Part shown: positions 1 to 11,406 of the stretch, in pieces
Layout of the letters: the number at the start of each line of letters is the position of its first letter
How positions within the stretch are numbered: position 1 is the first letter of the stretch
Source: Vicugna vicugna
Taxonomy: Eukaryota
Direction: 5' to 3'
Assembly (NCBI GenBank): GCA_013265495.1
Contig: PNXW01004714.1
Coordinates: forward strand, 1 to 52,077
DNA: 52,077 nucleotides
The notes under the pieces: model-generated
Seen by the model: only the letters and a program-made list of their open reading frames with translations
What the model was told of the DNA's origin: nothing
The model's database searches: none
Made by a program: the position numbers and the translations under genes

Positions 1-557
1 GTTCAATAATGCCCAAAACAATTAAAAGCCACTTCAACCCTGCTATTTTATCAAAGATAAATAGGCCATTCATTCAGTGAGAACCATATTCATTGCATTG
101 CAACCTGGGTCTCATTCAGTATTTCGTTGGCAGCTGAAATTATTCAGGGAGACTTTTAGAAGGTTTGAGAACTCCTCTTAAGTATATTTTGGAAGATTTC
201 TTATGTTTGAATAGAGCAATAGTATATCTCATTTAAAAAATATGTGTCATGGTAGTTTTGTTCAAGGAAAGTTTAAACTTAAAAAATGATTACCAAAGAG
301 TTACCGAAGTGATTACCAGGGCCTGATGTCAAAAAGAACAAGAAAATGGATTGAATTAGTTAATTTGAAGAAATGGAAAAGAAGCTGGAAGACAATGATG
401 AATCATAGAAAAGCTTTAAGAAAAGCAAAAAAACAAACAGTAAGAGGATGTACATTCACCGTTGGGACACAGCGCCAGTGAGCAAAGTGCAACAACCACA
501 TTTTTAAATGGGCAAAAATATGCAAAGAGAATTAAAGTGTTTAACTTCACTGACTCT

Positions 558-752
558 ATATGCAGAAGAGATGAACAAGATTATACAGTAAAGCTAGGGA
601 AATAGGTACACGATTTGTGGTAGCACGAGGCAAAACCAATGTGACCATGAATATACATATGTTCATGTATAACTGAAAAATTGTGCTCTAAAATGGAATT
701 TGACACAAAATATAAAATGATTATAACTCAATAAAAAATGTTAAAAAAAAAA
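558..752 (+). mobile_element. 5'-truncated L1 3' end (camelid-type) with poly(A) tail and 15-bp TSD
   Basis: L1 3'UTR motif ...ttgtgctcta...gacacaaaatataaaatgattataactcAATAAA plus A-tail; TSD aacttcactgactct (543-557) / aacttcactggctct (753-767), 1 mismatch. Confidence 0.85.
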
Positions 753-769
753 AACTTCACTGGCTCTTA

Positions 770-1260
770 AAGATATTCAAAGTAAAATTTGGGAGTAACA
801 GTGTCACCTCTCTGATGGGCCAGAAAGTCCTGGTTGGCCAGGACACTGGCGGGCAAGGGTTCCAGGAATCCAGCAGTGTCTCATGTCTGCCAGGGAGAAT
901 GCCAAAGGTGCCAATGTACATCAAGCATTTAAATGCAAATACTGTTGATCCAGCAAGACAACATTTAGGAATTCATTTTACAGAGCTTCTGACCCAAATT
1001 GAAAATGTAATATGTAGTAGTCTATTTGTTGCAAGACTGTTGAAATTCCACAAGACTAGAAACAATTTTCAAGGCCTGTCACATACTGGGGATGTCAGTC
1101 CTCATACACTCCTACAAAGGACCAGTCTGCACTCATTGAAATGAAAGGGGAGCTCTGTTTGCACTAACATGGGGATATCTCCAAGGTGAATCTATTGTAA
1201 GTGAAAAATAAAGATGTAGAAATTCTGTGTAGTTGTAGTACTGACTTTTTAAAAAATACA
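770..1260 (+). mobile_element. Ancient L1M (ME/MC-like) 3' region fragment, interrupted by the younger L1 at 558-752
   Basis: Degenerate L1M 3' motifs (tgatccagcaa...ttaggaatt; actagaaacaa); boundaries approximate. Confidence 0.5.
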
Positions 1261-3940
1261 TATATGCACATATTATCATGAATCTCCAGAAACTATAAGA
1301 GAACCTGATACCCATGAGCTGAAGTCTCCTGGGATGTTGGCTAAAGTGGTCCCTAAACACCAACCCCACATTCATAAAGATAATGATTTCAAAAGGAAAT
1401 TACCCTTCAAAGTCAACTGAAAGTTTTAGGAATTCTTCCTAGTTGTCTAGGGCTTAAGACACTTGTGGTTAGAATCAAATGCTTGTAATTTCACAACTGC
1501 ATATAAATCTGACTCTGGGAATTGGTACACAGAACACAGAATTTTCTATGCACCCCGGCTTCCTCATTCACTACCCATTATGTGTTAATATCTGAACCTC
1601 CCTCCAGTCTCCTGTTTGCTGATGTCCTGAGCCTGGATCAGGCATCCCCGCTCCATGCTGCCTATTGTCCGAGGTTGCCCTCATACTATATAACTTGTTA
1701 TATAACTTTGAACATGAAATGACCTATTTACAGTTGCCTCCCCTGCTGTCACAGGATCTCGTCTCCGGGATGATCTTCCACACTGTGTACTTAGCTCCCA
1801 TCACAAAGCTCACCACATAAACACTGGGATTTCCATCAATACACGTAAAGAAACACACAAGCTGCCACCCAGCAGGGCCCCCAGTTCCCAATTCCTTAGC
1901 GTGTTAACTGCTGCCCAGGTGTCTCAAACTAAGGGGCACAGTTTTAGGAACTAGTGCTCAAGGGCAGAAAATGCACACACACCTGCCTGAACCCACTGAC
2001 CTCCTCTCTGAGGGATGGGCCACTCCATGTTCTCTGGGTTCCTTAAGCTTCCCTCCCATGAAACTTACCCAGCAAGGAAGCCACCACCATCTGTGACTCA
2101 CACCACAAGGACATGAATTAACAGAGTGGAGAAAAAGCCCATCACTTGGAAATCATTCATGTCCACCTTCATTCCTCAATCTGGTCAAGGAGCGTCTCTT
2201 AAGATAAAACTATGCTTTTGATATGAGGGTTGATTTCTCACTGAATGTGATGCCCGCAGGCTGACAGACCATGGAATCTACAGGCATAGCTCTGCTTTCC
2301 TGAGGGCTGTGACTTGATCCTGGGTTGCCATTTCCGTGACCAAAGCCACTGGAATAAGTCCCACCACTGGTCCAGCCCCCAGAGACCCTTGGGTATCAGC
2401 AGAGGAAGGCCCTGAGCACACCAAAGTTCTGGGTGGCCTGGTAAGGGGGATAAGGGGGCATGATGAGCACTGCCTCATTGAGTGTCCCAAGGTACATGGC
2501 AAGTATACAAACAGGAAACCGGAAACAGGAGTTGGTGACAGGAAGTGACCATGGTTTGGAGAAAAGAAGGGAGTGGAATTGAGGGAAAGGACAATTAAAG
2601 CAAAGGAAGAGGAATCTTCACCAACTCTGATGTTCAATTACAAGTTGTCATTTCTGGAATAAAGTTATATACATTACAAGATAAGGGCCCAAGTGAAAGG
2701 CCTCTCCCATACCTGAAAATTAATACACAATTATTGAATTACTGGAGGAATCCAAGGCCTGTGCCCGTAGTTTCTCATCCATTCTGCAGGAAGACTGCAT
2801 TAGAACCATTCTTTTGCACATGCTTTGGTACAGGAACAAGCGAGCTGCTCTAGACCGTTCTATGTTCCTTCTCCTTTCCCTCAGATCTGTGTGTGCAGTC
2901 CTCCTCATGAGTGCTCCCTCGCCTGTGAGCTGGGCGGTACGTAGTTCTCACAGATATTTTTATGAAGGTTAAGTCATCAGTGTTGCAGATGGTTGCAGGA
3001 ACTCATTACAAATGCAAAGAAAATTAAAAGACCCTCTCTTCAAGAATGCAGGAGAAGAGCTGAAGGAAGCGAGACTGACGAGACAGTGTCAGGTGGTGTC
3101 CTTGGCCTCCTCAGGCTTAGCTTAATTCTGCTAGTGTGTCTATGCTGAGTGAACCACGGGCAAAAACACAAACAGCCAGTCTGCACACTTGGGGGAGTCC
3201 TTTTCTGTGAAGCAGCGGCCCAGTCCTTGCTGGACGCCGTGGGCAGCTGACGTGTCCTCTGGGACTGAAAATCCAACAGTGTGTGTGTCCTCTCTGGAGC
3301 CAGGAGGAGCAGGGCAGGAGCAAACCTGGGAGCTGCCTAACTAGCAGGAGCCCCGGGGTGCCTGACCTTATGTCCTGTTCAGGTTAGGGCTTTGGAACCT
3401 GTCCAAGTCTCCTAACCCATCGTGTGCTTTAAGCCCTGCTGACTTCATTACCGCCCAAGACTCTCATGCCAGTTAACAAACTCTATGTTGTTAATTCAAA
3501 ACAAAATGCTTCCTGTACAAAATCACTTTAACTGAGGATTTTTTTTCTAGATTTCATCCATTCACATTCTAATAACTACCCTATGGGTATAAATTAGAGT
3601 CAGCATATAAACTCACACCATGCAGTTAATTCTGATATATTTCATGGTAATTATAAATGTACATAAGCCTTCCCAGTTGCAACCTGCTGTTGTCCTGAAT
3701 CTTTGTGTCCTGCTTCGTTGCTAGAATCAAACCCCTGTATTGCACCCTGCAACTTCATCAGCTGCCCCTGGCTTCTGTCCAAGTCAAGGGGCAAGTGAAA
3801 TCCCTCACTGTGGCCACATTTTGTAGACAGCCTACATGTTTAAGAGAATATATCTGTGTACACTGACCATGTTTATGGCAGAATTTGGGTAATGTTACTG
3901 ATTAGCAAATACTCACCTAAAAAAATGAAAAATGGATTTC

Positions 3941-4242
3941 TGTATAATCTTGCTTATCTATTCTGCATAAGCCTGTCACTATCTACAAATTTTGAACTCC
4001 CAGTCTGTATCTTCCCAACTCCCAACCCTTTGTCAAACACCAGTTTGTATTCTATGACTACAAGTCTTTACAAGTTTATACTGTATAGCAGAGGGAAATA
4101 TATACATGATCTTGTGGTAACTCACAGTGAAAACAATGTGACAATGAATATACAAATGTTCATGTACAAATGAAAAGTTGTGCTGTACACTAGAAATTGA
4201 CACAACATTGTAAAATGATTGTAACTCAATAAAAAATGTAAA
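3941..4242 (+). mobile_element. L1 3' end with 5' inversion (twin priming)
   Basis: 3941-4069 is the reverse complement of the upstream L1 3'UTR; 4070-4242 is sense, ending in AATAAA and an A-tail; TSD aaaaatggatttc (3928-3940) / aaatattgatttc (4243-4255). Confidence 0.8.
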
Positions 4243-4592
4243 AAATATTGATTTCAATACCCAATACATAGCAGAAATTTTTTCTTAAAGAAAATGATTG
4301 ATGTTTTTCAAACAAAAAGTACTTTCTTGTAGTGTATGCATTCTTGTATAATTATAACATAATTCAAAGTCATTAACCGTTATTTTATGGGCTGAAAATC
4401 CTGTCAGTTGGCCTTACAGGTCACTCTCAGTGCTTAAAGGCAACAGTTCCTCAATTAGCCTGTCATTCTCCTACATTGTGTTTACTTTTCTCACATAAGG
4501 ATCACTTTGGTTGGCTTCAAATTGGGTCTGATGTCAAATCTTGAGCACAAACAAGGAAAAAAAAATAAACAATAATAAATTAATATGCATTC

Positions 4593-4712
4593 TGAAAAAA
4601 ATATTAAAATGAATACATGGATGTATATGCATGAATGGGACCTTGTGCTGTTCACCAGAAATTGACATACTGTATTTAACTGTAGCTTAATTAAAAAATA
4701 AATTAATATTTA
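4593..4712 (+). mobile_element. Short L1 3' end
   Basis: tgtgctgttcaccagaaattgacat... motif shared with the other L1 ends, followed by an A-rich tail. Confidence 0.65.
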
Positions 4713-4814
4713 AAAATAAGATTCATTCAAAGCATAAATGAAGGAGTGGTGAGGGATGGTGCAAAGAATGCTATTGATCTGACACAAGTAGGATTAAGCA
4801 GATTTATTTTTCAC

Positions 4815-5571
4815 GTTCTCTGCATCCCCCAGTTCCTCTGAGTCAAGCAGAGCTGGAGTGTGGTCTGGCTTCTCGGGGTGTGGCACACACCACACCCAGA
4901 TGCCCTTCCTGTGAGACTGCACCATGCAGCCCAGAGAGGGGTTGTGGGGAGAAGATTGAGTGGTGTTTAAGTACAGACAGATCAGGAAATTGAGTAAGAC
5001 TAACAAAACCTGAGTTAAAAGAGATAAATGAAACTATAATGAGTATTGGTCTTAATTACAACTAGATTAAGAGAGAAATTAGAATGTCTAGTACAAATTG
5101 AACGGTTAATTTTTACCTTAAAGATCAGTGTTAGCTTGTATTAGTTGTTGTTGTTGTTATTATTATTATTGCTATTATTTTTTTTACCTTACTCCTTCCA
5201 GAAAAGCATATTTATACTTTAAAGAGGAAGTTAAGGCAAAGTGGGAATTAAGAGTTGAGTCTTATCCTCCAGAACAGAGAAAATGTCAGAAGCCCATCAC
5301 AGGATTGAAAGTGAGCTTTTAATGTTCCTCCCTGTCCCTAACTTCCTCTCCTCACATCACTGCCCTGAATGCTGGGAGTCTCGGTGGACAGAAGGGACTT
5401 GGGGAGGCTTTGGTGGTGTCCTCACTCACTCTTGCTGTCACCACCCAGCCTGTTCACCAGGTAGGTCTGGCCTGTGTGGTATAGGCCCACCCTAGCCATC
5501 AGCACCACTGGCTGTGGAACGGCAAGCAGGATGGTCAGAGCTTTCAGATCAGCCAACAGTCACCCATTAGT
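4815..5571 (-). pseudogene. Guanylate-binding protein (GBP1/2/3-like) unprocessed pseudogene fragment: partial coding exon (5571-5430), intron, next exon (~4942-4815)
   Basis: 5571-5430 reads TNG*LLADLKALTILLAVPQPVVLMARVGLYHTGQTYLVNRLGGDSK then a phase-1 GTGAGT donor (human GBP1: [47 protein letters not shown]). The second exon reads PSLGCMVQSHRKGIWVWCVPHPEKPDHTPALLDSEELGDAEN then GT (GBP1: [42 protein letters not shown]). In-frame TGA at 5562-5560; acceptor AG lost; paralog not assignable. Confidence 0.92.
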
Positions 5572-6680
5572 GGATGAAAAGAAGCTAGGCTTCCCCTTTT
5601 CTATGATCAGGACCCACTTCCTCTTACAACAGTGGCCCATGGGTCCTGCTGGCAAGGAAACAGCCTGTCCAATTTTATACCATGAGGCATAACACTTTTA
5701 CAAAATGGGAATCAATCAGTGACTGACTCAGAAAAAGTGGCTGCACAAAGATTTTATAAGCTCCCAAATTGCAATAACTTGTAACCTCTTCTTGCTGCTT
5801 GCAATAAAAATAAAAGTTAGATTGGGTCAACTCAAACAATGTTATTTATTTCATGTTTGCAGCCAGCGTGAACAGTGGTCAAAAGTTCATAGAATATTTT
5901 TCTAGGTCCACTTGCCTGGAATATTAGATTTATTCACAATGGAACTGGTAGGTGAGGGCTGTAGTTTCTCTGATGGAATGAGCACAGCTTATGCTAACTC
6001 AGGTGCTGGAACATAGCACTTAGTACATGAAAATAATAATGGGAATGCCTTCTAGTTTTGCACACTTGTCTAAGACCCAGTGCCAACTTCTTTACATGGA
6101 TTGTTTTCTCTTAGTCTTACAGATAATTTTACCACAATATTAGAGAGATTCAATAACTTGTTACAATCACAAGGTCCTAAATAAAATTTGAATCCAAAAA
6201 GTGTTGCTCCAGAACACATGCTATCAACCACCTCACTTACTACCTGTGTGTTTACTGCATGAATAAGAATGACAATAATATTTCTTATTTTTAATTGTTT
6301 ATAGGCCAGAACCTTTATGTATGTAAGTTAATATTCATAATAACACTTCATAATATGGAGTAATTTCTATTCCCATTGTCCAAGGAGGGAAAACAGTCAA
6401 AGGTAAAAAATATGTCAACCTAAATATTCTTTGTATCCGTTAAAGGATTACAGCCCTGCAGATGTTGAGTGCAGAGATCTATGGGTTTTCAATAAAATTA
6501 ATACAATTCAATGATAGACTAGAATTTCTTTCATTACTCTTCATTCCATTCTCTATCTCTGAGTTTCCATGGATCCAGAGGTGTAACTGCACAACCACTA
6601 CAGAGGTCCTAGTGCCTGACATCTGTAGATCCACACTGGTAGCCTGTGGGCACAAAATCTCAGGGACAACAGAGCAGAGA

Positions 6681-7270
6681 ATACTCCCTCATACTATACA
6701 CAATGTAAACTCAAAACATCTTAAAGACTTAAACATAAGTCAGGACACTACAAACCTCTTAGAAGAACACACAGACAAAGCTTCATCAGACATAAATCTT
6801 AGCAACATTCTCCTAGGGATGCCTGCCCAGGCAACAGAAACAAAAGCACAAAGAAACAAATGGGACCTAATCAAACTTACAAGCTTTTGCACAGCAAAGG
6901 AAACCATAAAGAATACAAAAAGACAACCTACAGAATGGGAGAAAATATTTATAAAAGATGAGAGAGACAAGGGCTTAATTTACAGAATATACAAACACTC
7001 CTACAACTTGAGAGAAAAAGCACAAACAACCCAATCCAAAAAAGGGCAGAAGATCTCAACAAGCAATTCTCCAGTGAAGACTACAAAAGTCCATTAGGCT
7101 CATGAAAAAAAAAAAAAACCCTAAATGTTGCTAATTATCAGAGAAATGCAAATCAAAACTACAATGGGGTAGCACCTCACACCAGTCAGAATGGCCATCA
7201 TTCAAAAATCCACAAATGACAAATGCTGGAGAGGCTGTGGAGAAAAGAGAACCCTCCTACATTGTTTGAG
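6681..7270 (+). mobile_element. L1 ORF2 C-terminal fragment (relatively young), no 3'UTR
   Basis: Translates to NKWDLIKLTSFCTAKETI...RQPTEWEKIF and [19 protein letters not shown], typical L1 ORF2. Confidence 0.9.
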
Positions 7271-8184
7271 AACTTTGCTCAAGCCCTTAGCTCATTTTTC
7301 CATTGGGTTGCTAGGTTTTTTGCTACTTAGTTGTTTGAGTTTCTTATGTATTTGGGAGAATACCCCTCATTATGGTATATGGTTTGCAAATATATTCTAC
7401 CTTTCTATAGGTTGCCTTTTCACTCTGCTGATCATTTTATTTACTGTACACAAACTTTTTAGTTTTATTAAATTCAAATTATTTTTGTTTTTTTTGCCTC
7501 TGAGTTTGGTGTCCTAGCTCTGAAATCTTGCAAAGGCCAATGTTGTGGAATTCTTCTCTATGTTTTGCTTTAGAAATTGAACAATGACATGTCTTACATT
7601 TAAATTTTGAATTGATTTTAAGTTGATTTTTGTTTGTGGTGTAAGAAAATGGCCCAAATTCATTCTTTTATGTGGGTATCTATTATCTTGAACATCATTT
7701 ATTGAAGAGAATATAATTTCCTCCTTGTGTGGTATTGGCAGCATCGTCGAGGATCTGTTGATTGTATATCATTGTATATGTGTGGATTTACATCTGGGCT
7801 TTCTATTTTGTTCCATCAGTCTAACTGTTCTCTTTATGCAAGGACTATTTTATTTTGAATATTGTAGCTTTGTAATATATTCGGAAATCAGGAAATCAGA
7901 TGCATCCAGCTTAGTTCTTTCTCAGGATTGCTTTGTGTATTTGAAGTCTTGTGTGGTTCTGTATGAATTGTAGAGTTGTTTTTTCTATATCTGTAAAAAA
8001 ATTGGAATTTTGATAGAGATTACATTGAATGTCTAGATCAATTTATTTTGTATGAATATTTTAAGAATATTAAATTTTCCAATCCATGAGCATATGATGT
8101 TTTTAATTTTGTTTGTGTGTTTTAAAATTTTTCATCAATGTTTTGCAGTTTCTAGTGTATAAGTCTTTCACCTCCTTTGCTAAC
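7271..8184 (-). mobile_element. Older L1M ORF2 fragment, antisense
   Basis: Minus translation RMNLGHFLTPQTKINLKSIQNLNVR; T-rich antisense L1 motifs (gattacattgaat, tccaatccatgagcat). Confidence 0.85.
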
Positions 8185-8450
8185 TTTGGGAATTCCTACC
8201 CCAGGGATTTCCCCAGACATGGTCCAGGGGCCTCAGTGCGCACACCTGGGGGCTTACCCTCATTCTGGCCGAGGGGTCGTGACGTCTCTGAGGCTGCTTT
8301 TCTTCTCCAAGTAGCTTCCATGCAGCAGGGAGTCCAAGCCGGTGCAGGCGAGGGAATAAAGGGAGTGTCCCCAAAGCGGAAGTGGCTTCGGCAGCTGCTG
8401 GGACAGTCTCTCTTCCATTCCCTACTTTCGCCCAAGTCCCAACTGCCAGG
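8185..8450 (-). promoter_or_regulatory. Isolated GC-rich promoter/first-exon-like fragment between L1 pieces
   Basis: ETS motif cggaagt (8377-8383), CRE-like gtgacgtc (~8279-8286), minus-strand donor AGG|GTAAGC (exon end 8258). Confidence 0.4.
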
Positions 8451-9410
8451 GACAGAAAAGTATGTGACACTGATGAAAGAAATTGAAGAAGATGCAAGTA
8501 AGTGTGAATACATCTCAGGTTCATGGGTTAGAAGAATTATTAATGTTAAAAAGTATTTCTACTCGAGTGATAGACACATTCTTATGCAATGCCTGTCAAA
8601 ATTCCAAGGGCATCATCCACTAAAACAGAAACACAATTATGCAATTGAAACTTGAGTTTTTAACAAATCAATAGAGTACAAAAGTGTTTAAAAATTAATT
8701 AATTATATGTTCATCTTTGTAAGTTAAAAGAAGGAAAAATAAACCCAAGTGCATTAGAAGATTCAAATCACTTTAAACAAAGTAGATATTAACAAAGTTT
8801 AAAAAATTAGAGATTAAGAATGAAGTGAAGAAAGATTATTTTATTAACAATAATTTTAAAAAGCAAAGCTTTCTGCAAATAAAAGAACAAACAGGACAAT
8901 TCAGACTTTTCACTCTGGTTCAGCATGTAGAGTCTGGAAGTTGTCACTCTATCTACAACAAGTAAAAAAATTACACAAACCAAAAGCAGTGCCTCCTGTT
9001 ACATGGACGCCTCAGAGAATTTAGGTCCAGGGCAATTTGCCAGCCCCCCAACAGAGAGACAGACAGATGGACACAAAGACTCTCATTTAACAGAGCAAAA
9101 CTGCACAAGCAGAAACCTCCACGGACCCCAGGGAGGAACTTGAACCACAGCTGACAAACTGCTGGAGGCTTAGTGAACTAGTCTGAGAGGTAAGGGGACA
9201 TGGTATTAGGAGGGGGCCCCCCTTTTTTGTTCAGGATTCCTACCAGGTTCTCACACTGAAAACTGGGGAAAATGCGCTTCACTTCCAGCAGGGGAGAAAG
9301 AAACTATTTTGAAATAGGACCACACTTCATTCTTCTTAATGCCGCCTGCCCTCAAGAGAAATGATTTTACCAGGTGGTAAACAACTGAGGATTGAACAGA
9401 ACATAACTGA
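8451..9410 (+). mobile_element. Mixed ancient L1M fragments (ORF2 pieces, then an L1M 5'-end-like segment from ~8903)
   Basis: TLMKEIEEDASK...SWVRRIINV ORF2 peptide; 5'-end assignment from recalled consensus. Confidence 0.6.
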
Positions 9411-9430
9411 CCTGAAATACCAAAATCTAA

Positions 9431-10011
9431 CACACTTTAGAGAAACCATATAAATGTAACAAATGTAAGAAAAGCGCCAGCTAGAGAGCTAACCTTTACT
9501 ATCCCAAGTAATTCACACGGTAGAGAAACTCTGTTTGCAACCAATGCGAAAAAGCTGTCACTGATTGTTTATCACTTTAACAAAAACACATTCTCATTTT
9601 GGATTAAAGACAGGTGTGTGATCACTCTGGTTGAACCCTCATCCAAGCTCCAGACCTGGTGTATGCAAGAAAACTGTAAGAATAATCTCTAAAACACAAA
9701 AGAAGGAAAAGCATTCTTTATTTGGAGAAGAAAACTCTGCGACTGCACCAAATAATTCCTAACGGAGAATCAGTTCAGTCAATTACACGTTGGAATCCTA
9801 GTCCTCACACAGTGACACTTGGACATGTGAGGATTCTCACTGCAGGAAACATTGTCAATGTCATAAACGGAAGAGGGTCTTCAGTGATCATTCATTCTTC
9901 AGTCAATATTTATGATCTCACATTATGGACATGACAATATTTAAGTCAATGTGGTGAGGCCATCAGCTGGAGTTTCTGTCAGAAAACTTACACTGAGAGA
10001 ATACTCTACAA
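9431..10011 (+). pseudogene. Degenerate C2H2 (Kruppel-type) zinc-finger array; 3' remnant of a ZNF gene
   Basis: HTLEKPYKCNKCKKSAS*RANL; QVIHTVEK..CNQCEKAVTDCLSL*; LHQIIPNGE; HVRILTAG..HCQCHKRKRVFSDHS; QCGEAISWS..QKTYTER, with many stops and frameshifts; AATAAA at 10255-10260. Confidence 0.8.
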
Positions 10012-11195
10012 AGAATCCTTTAGCACACCACTGAGCATTGGACATTTGCCAATGCCCTATTACTTAAAATGGTAAGATGAAGAGGTAGGATTCTAAAGCA
10101 TTCCTGTAAATGCCGAAGGCACAGTTTGAAAACAATAATCAACAAGATAAATCCACTGCAGTAGATTCATACTTGCTGACATACGAACAGTAAGAGTTGT
10201 TGCTGAACAATTTATTGTGCATTTGTCTTGACAAAATCATGGAATATTATGCTGAATAAAAATAGGCCATTTCTCCTTTAATAATGTATTACTGGTAATC
10301 ATTTAGTCAAGTCCTATAGTTAAGGGAATAACAAACACTATCACAAAGGCATACATCAGTCAGGAGAGAACTTTGACTGAACCTGGAAACTGACAAAAAT
10401 ATCTTACATATTAAGTCTATATGCATAGACACATATATACATATATATTTAATGTATATTCATGAATATAAAAATAGAGAAAATTCTGATAAAAGAAAAT
10501 TAAAATGCAGTTGAACTTTTGGAGGGAAGCTTACAGGCCTGTCCTCAGCAGTCCTCCCCCACTGGTTCCTCCACCTCCTCTGGAGCAATCGGTCTGAGAC
10601 CACCCTTATCCCCCCCTGAGCACAGCCACCAGCCTGGGGCAGGCACTCCTATAGTGGCACTTCGGCACCTGCCTCCAGGTAGCCTCGCTGCCGGGCAGCA
10701 CACATACGCGCGCGGACACACACACATACACACACGCACGAAACTTGAAAAAAAGCTACCCCTACAAAATGCCCTGCGTGCAAATTAAAAATACAAAAAT
10801 ATCCTTACATTCCAGAACCCGGGAGGGGGCGATGAAGGGCTTCGGTGGAAGAGCCTCTTGGGGAACCAGTTCCATCCAGCCCAACGTGGCTCCCCAGGCT
10901 TTGCCAACGGCGCTCAGAGGTCGACGCTGCCCCCTCCCCCGAAATGCTCGGCGGCTCCGGGGACACTGACCAAGTGTGGGTGTTGGGGGCAGAGGTGGGG
11001 GTGGGGCGCGGGGGCTTGGTCCAGGCCCTGAGGGGTGGGCGGGCTGAGGCCGAAGCCGCAGTGACCGCGGTACCAATGCGGGGTACGCGAGTCACCGAAG
11101 AGACTGGACGCAGAAACCAGAGAGAGGCTGATGGCATCGCGGCCCCCTTCCGCCCCCGCGCCCCACGCGGCACCGCCCTCCTCCACGCGCCTCTC

Positions 11196-11294
11196 AGTCC
11201 CCTTGGCGCCGCGCGGCCTGCCGGGCTCTCCATGGCCTCCCTGGCATCTGCGCCTCGCACCTTCCCTCCCGCCGCGCTGGAGACTGCACGGAAG
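11196..11294 (+). other. Candidate first exon (plus strand)
   Basis: Inr-like start, ATG at 11232 (MASLASAPRTFPPAALETARK, phase 0), donor AAG|GTAAGA at 11295; no downstream coding exon recognised in the window. Confidence 0.45.
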
Positions 11295-11406
11295 GTAAGA
11301 AAAAGAAAAAATGAAGAACAAAAAAATTAGGTTTTTTTTTCTTTTTCCCTTTAGCTTGGCGAGTGTGCTGACTTTCGGGTCTGTTTGCCCCCCAGCTCGC
11401 ACTCAC

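Noticed and set aside
2225..2445. DFSLNV...LTDHGIYR resembles an Ig V-set D-x-G-x-Y-x-C motif, with a gtaagg donor at 2441
   Set aside because: Needs a frameshift, lacks the cysteine, and no B-strand Cys or C-strand Trp is visible; too weak without an HMM search
3745..3820. Minus-strand MW-TVRDFT...LDLD...ADE resembles the GBP G4 motif exon
   Set aside because: Requires several indels, the upstream part of the exon does not match, and no splice sites fit; could be chance
6462..7097. 211-aa ORF
   Set aside because: The second half is L1 ORF2; the first half is unrelated flanking sequence
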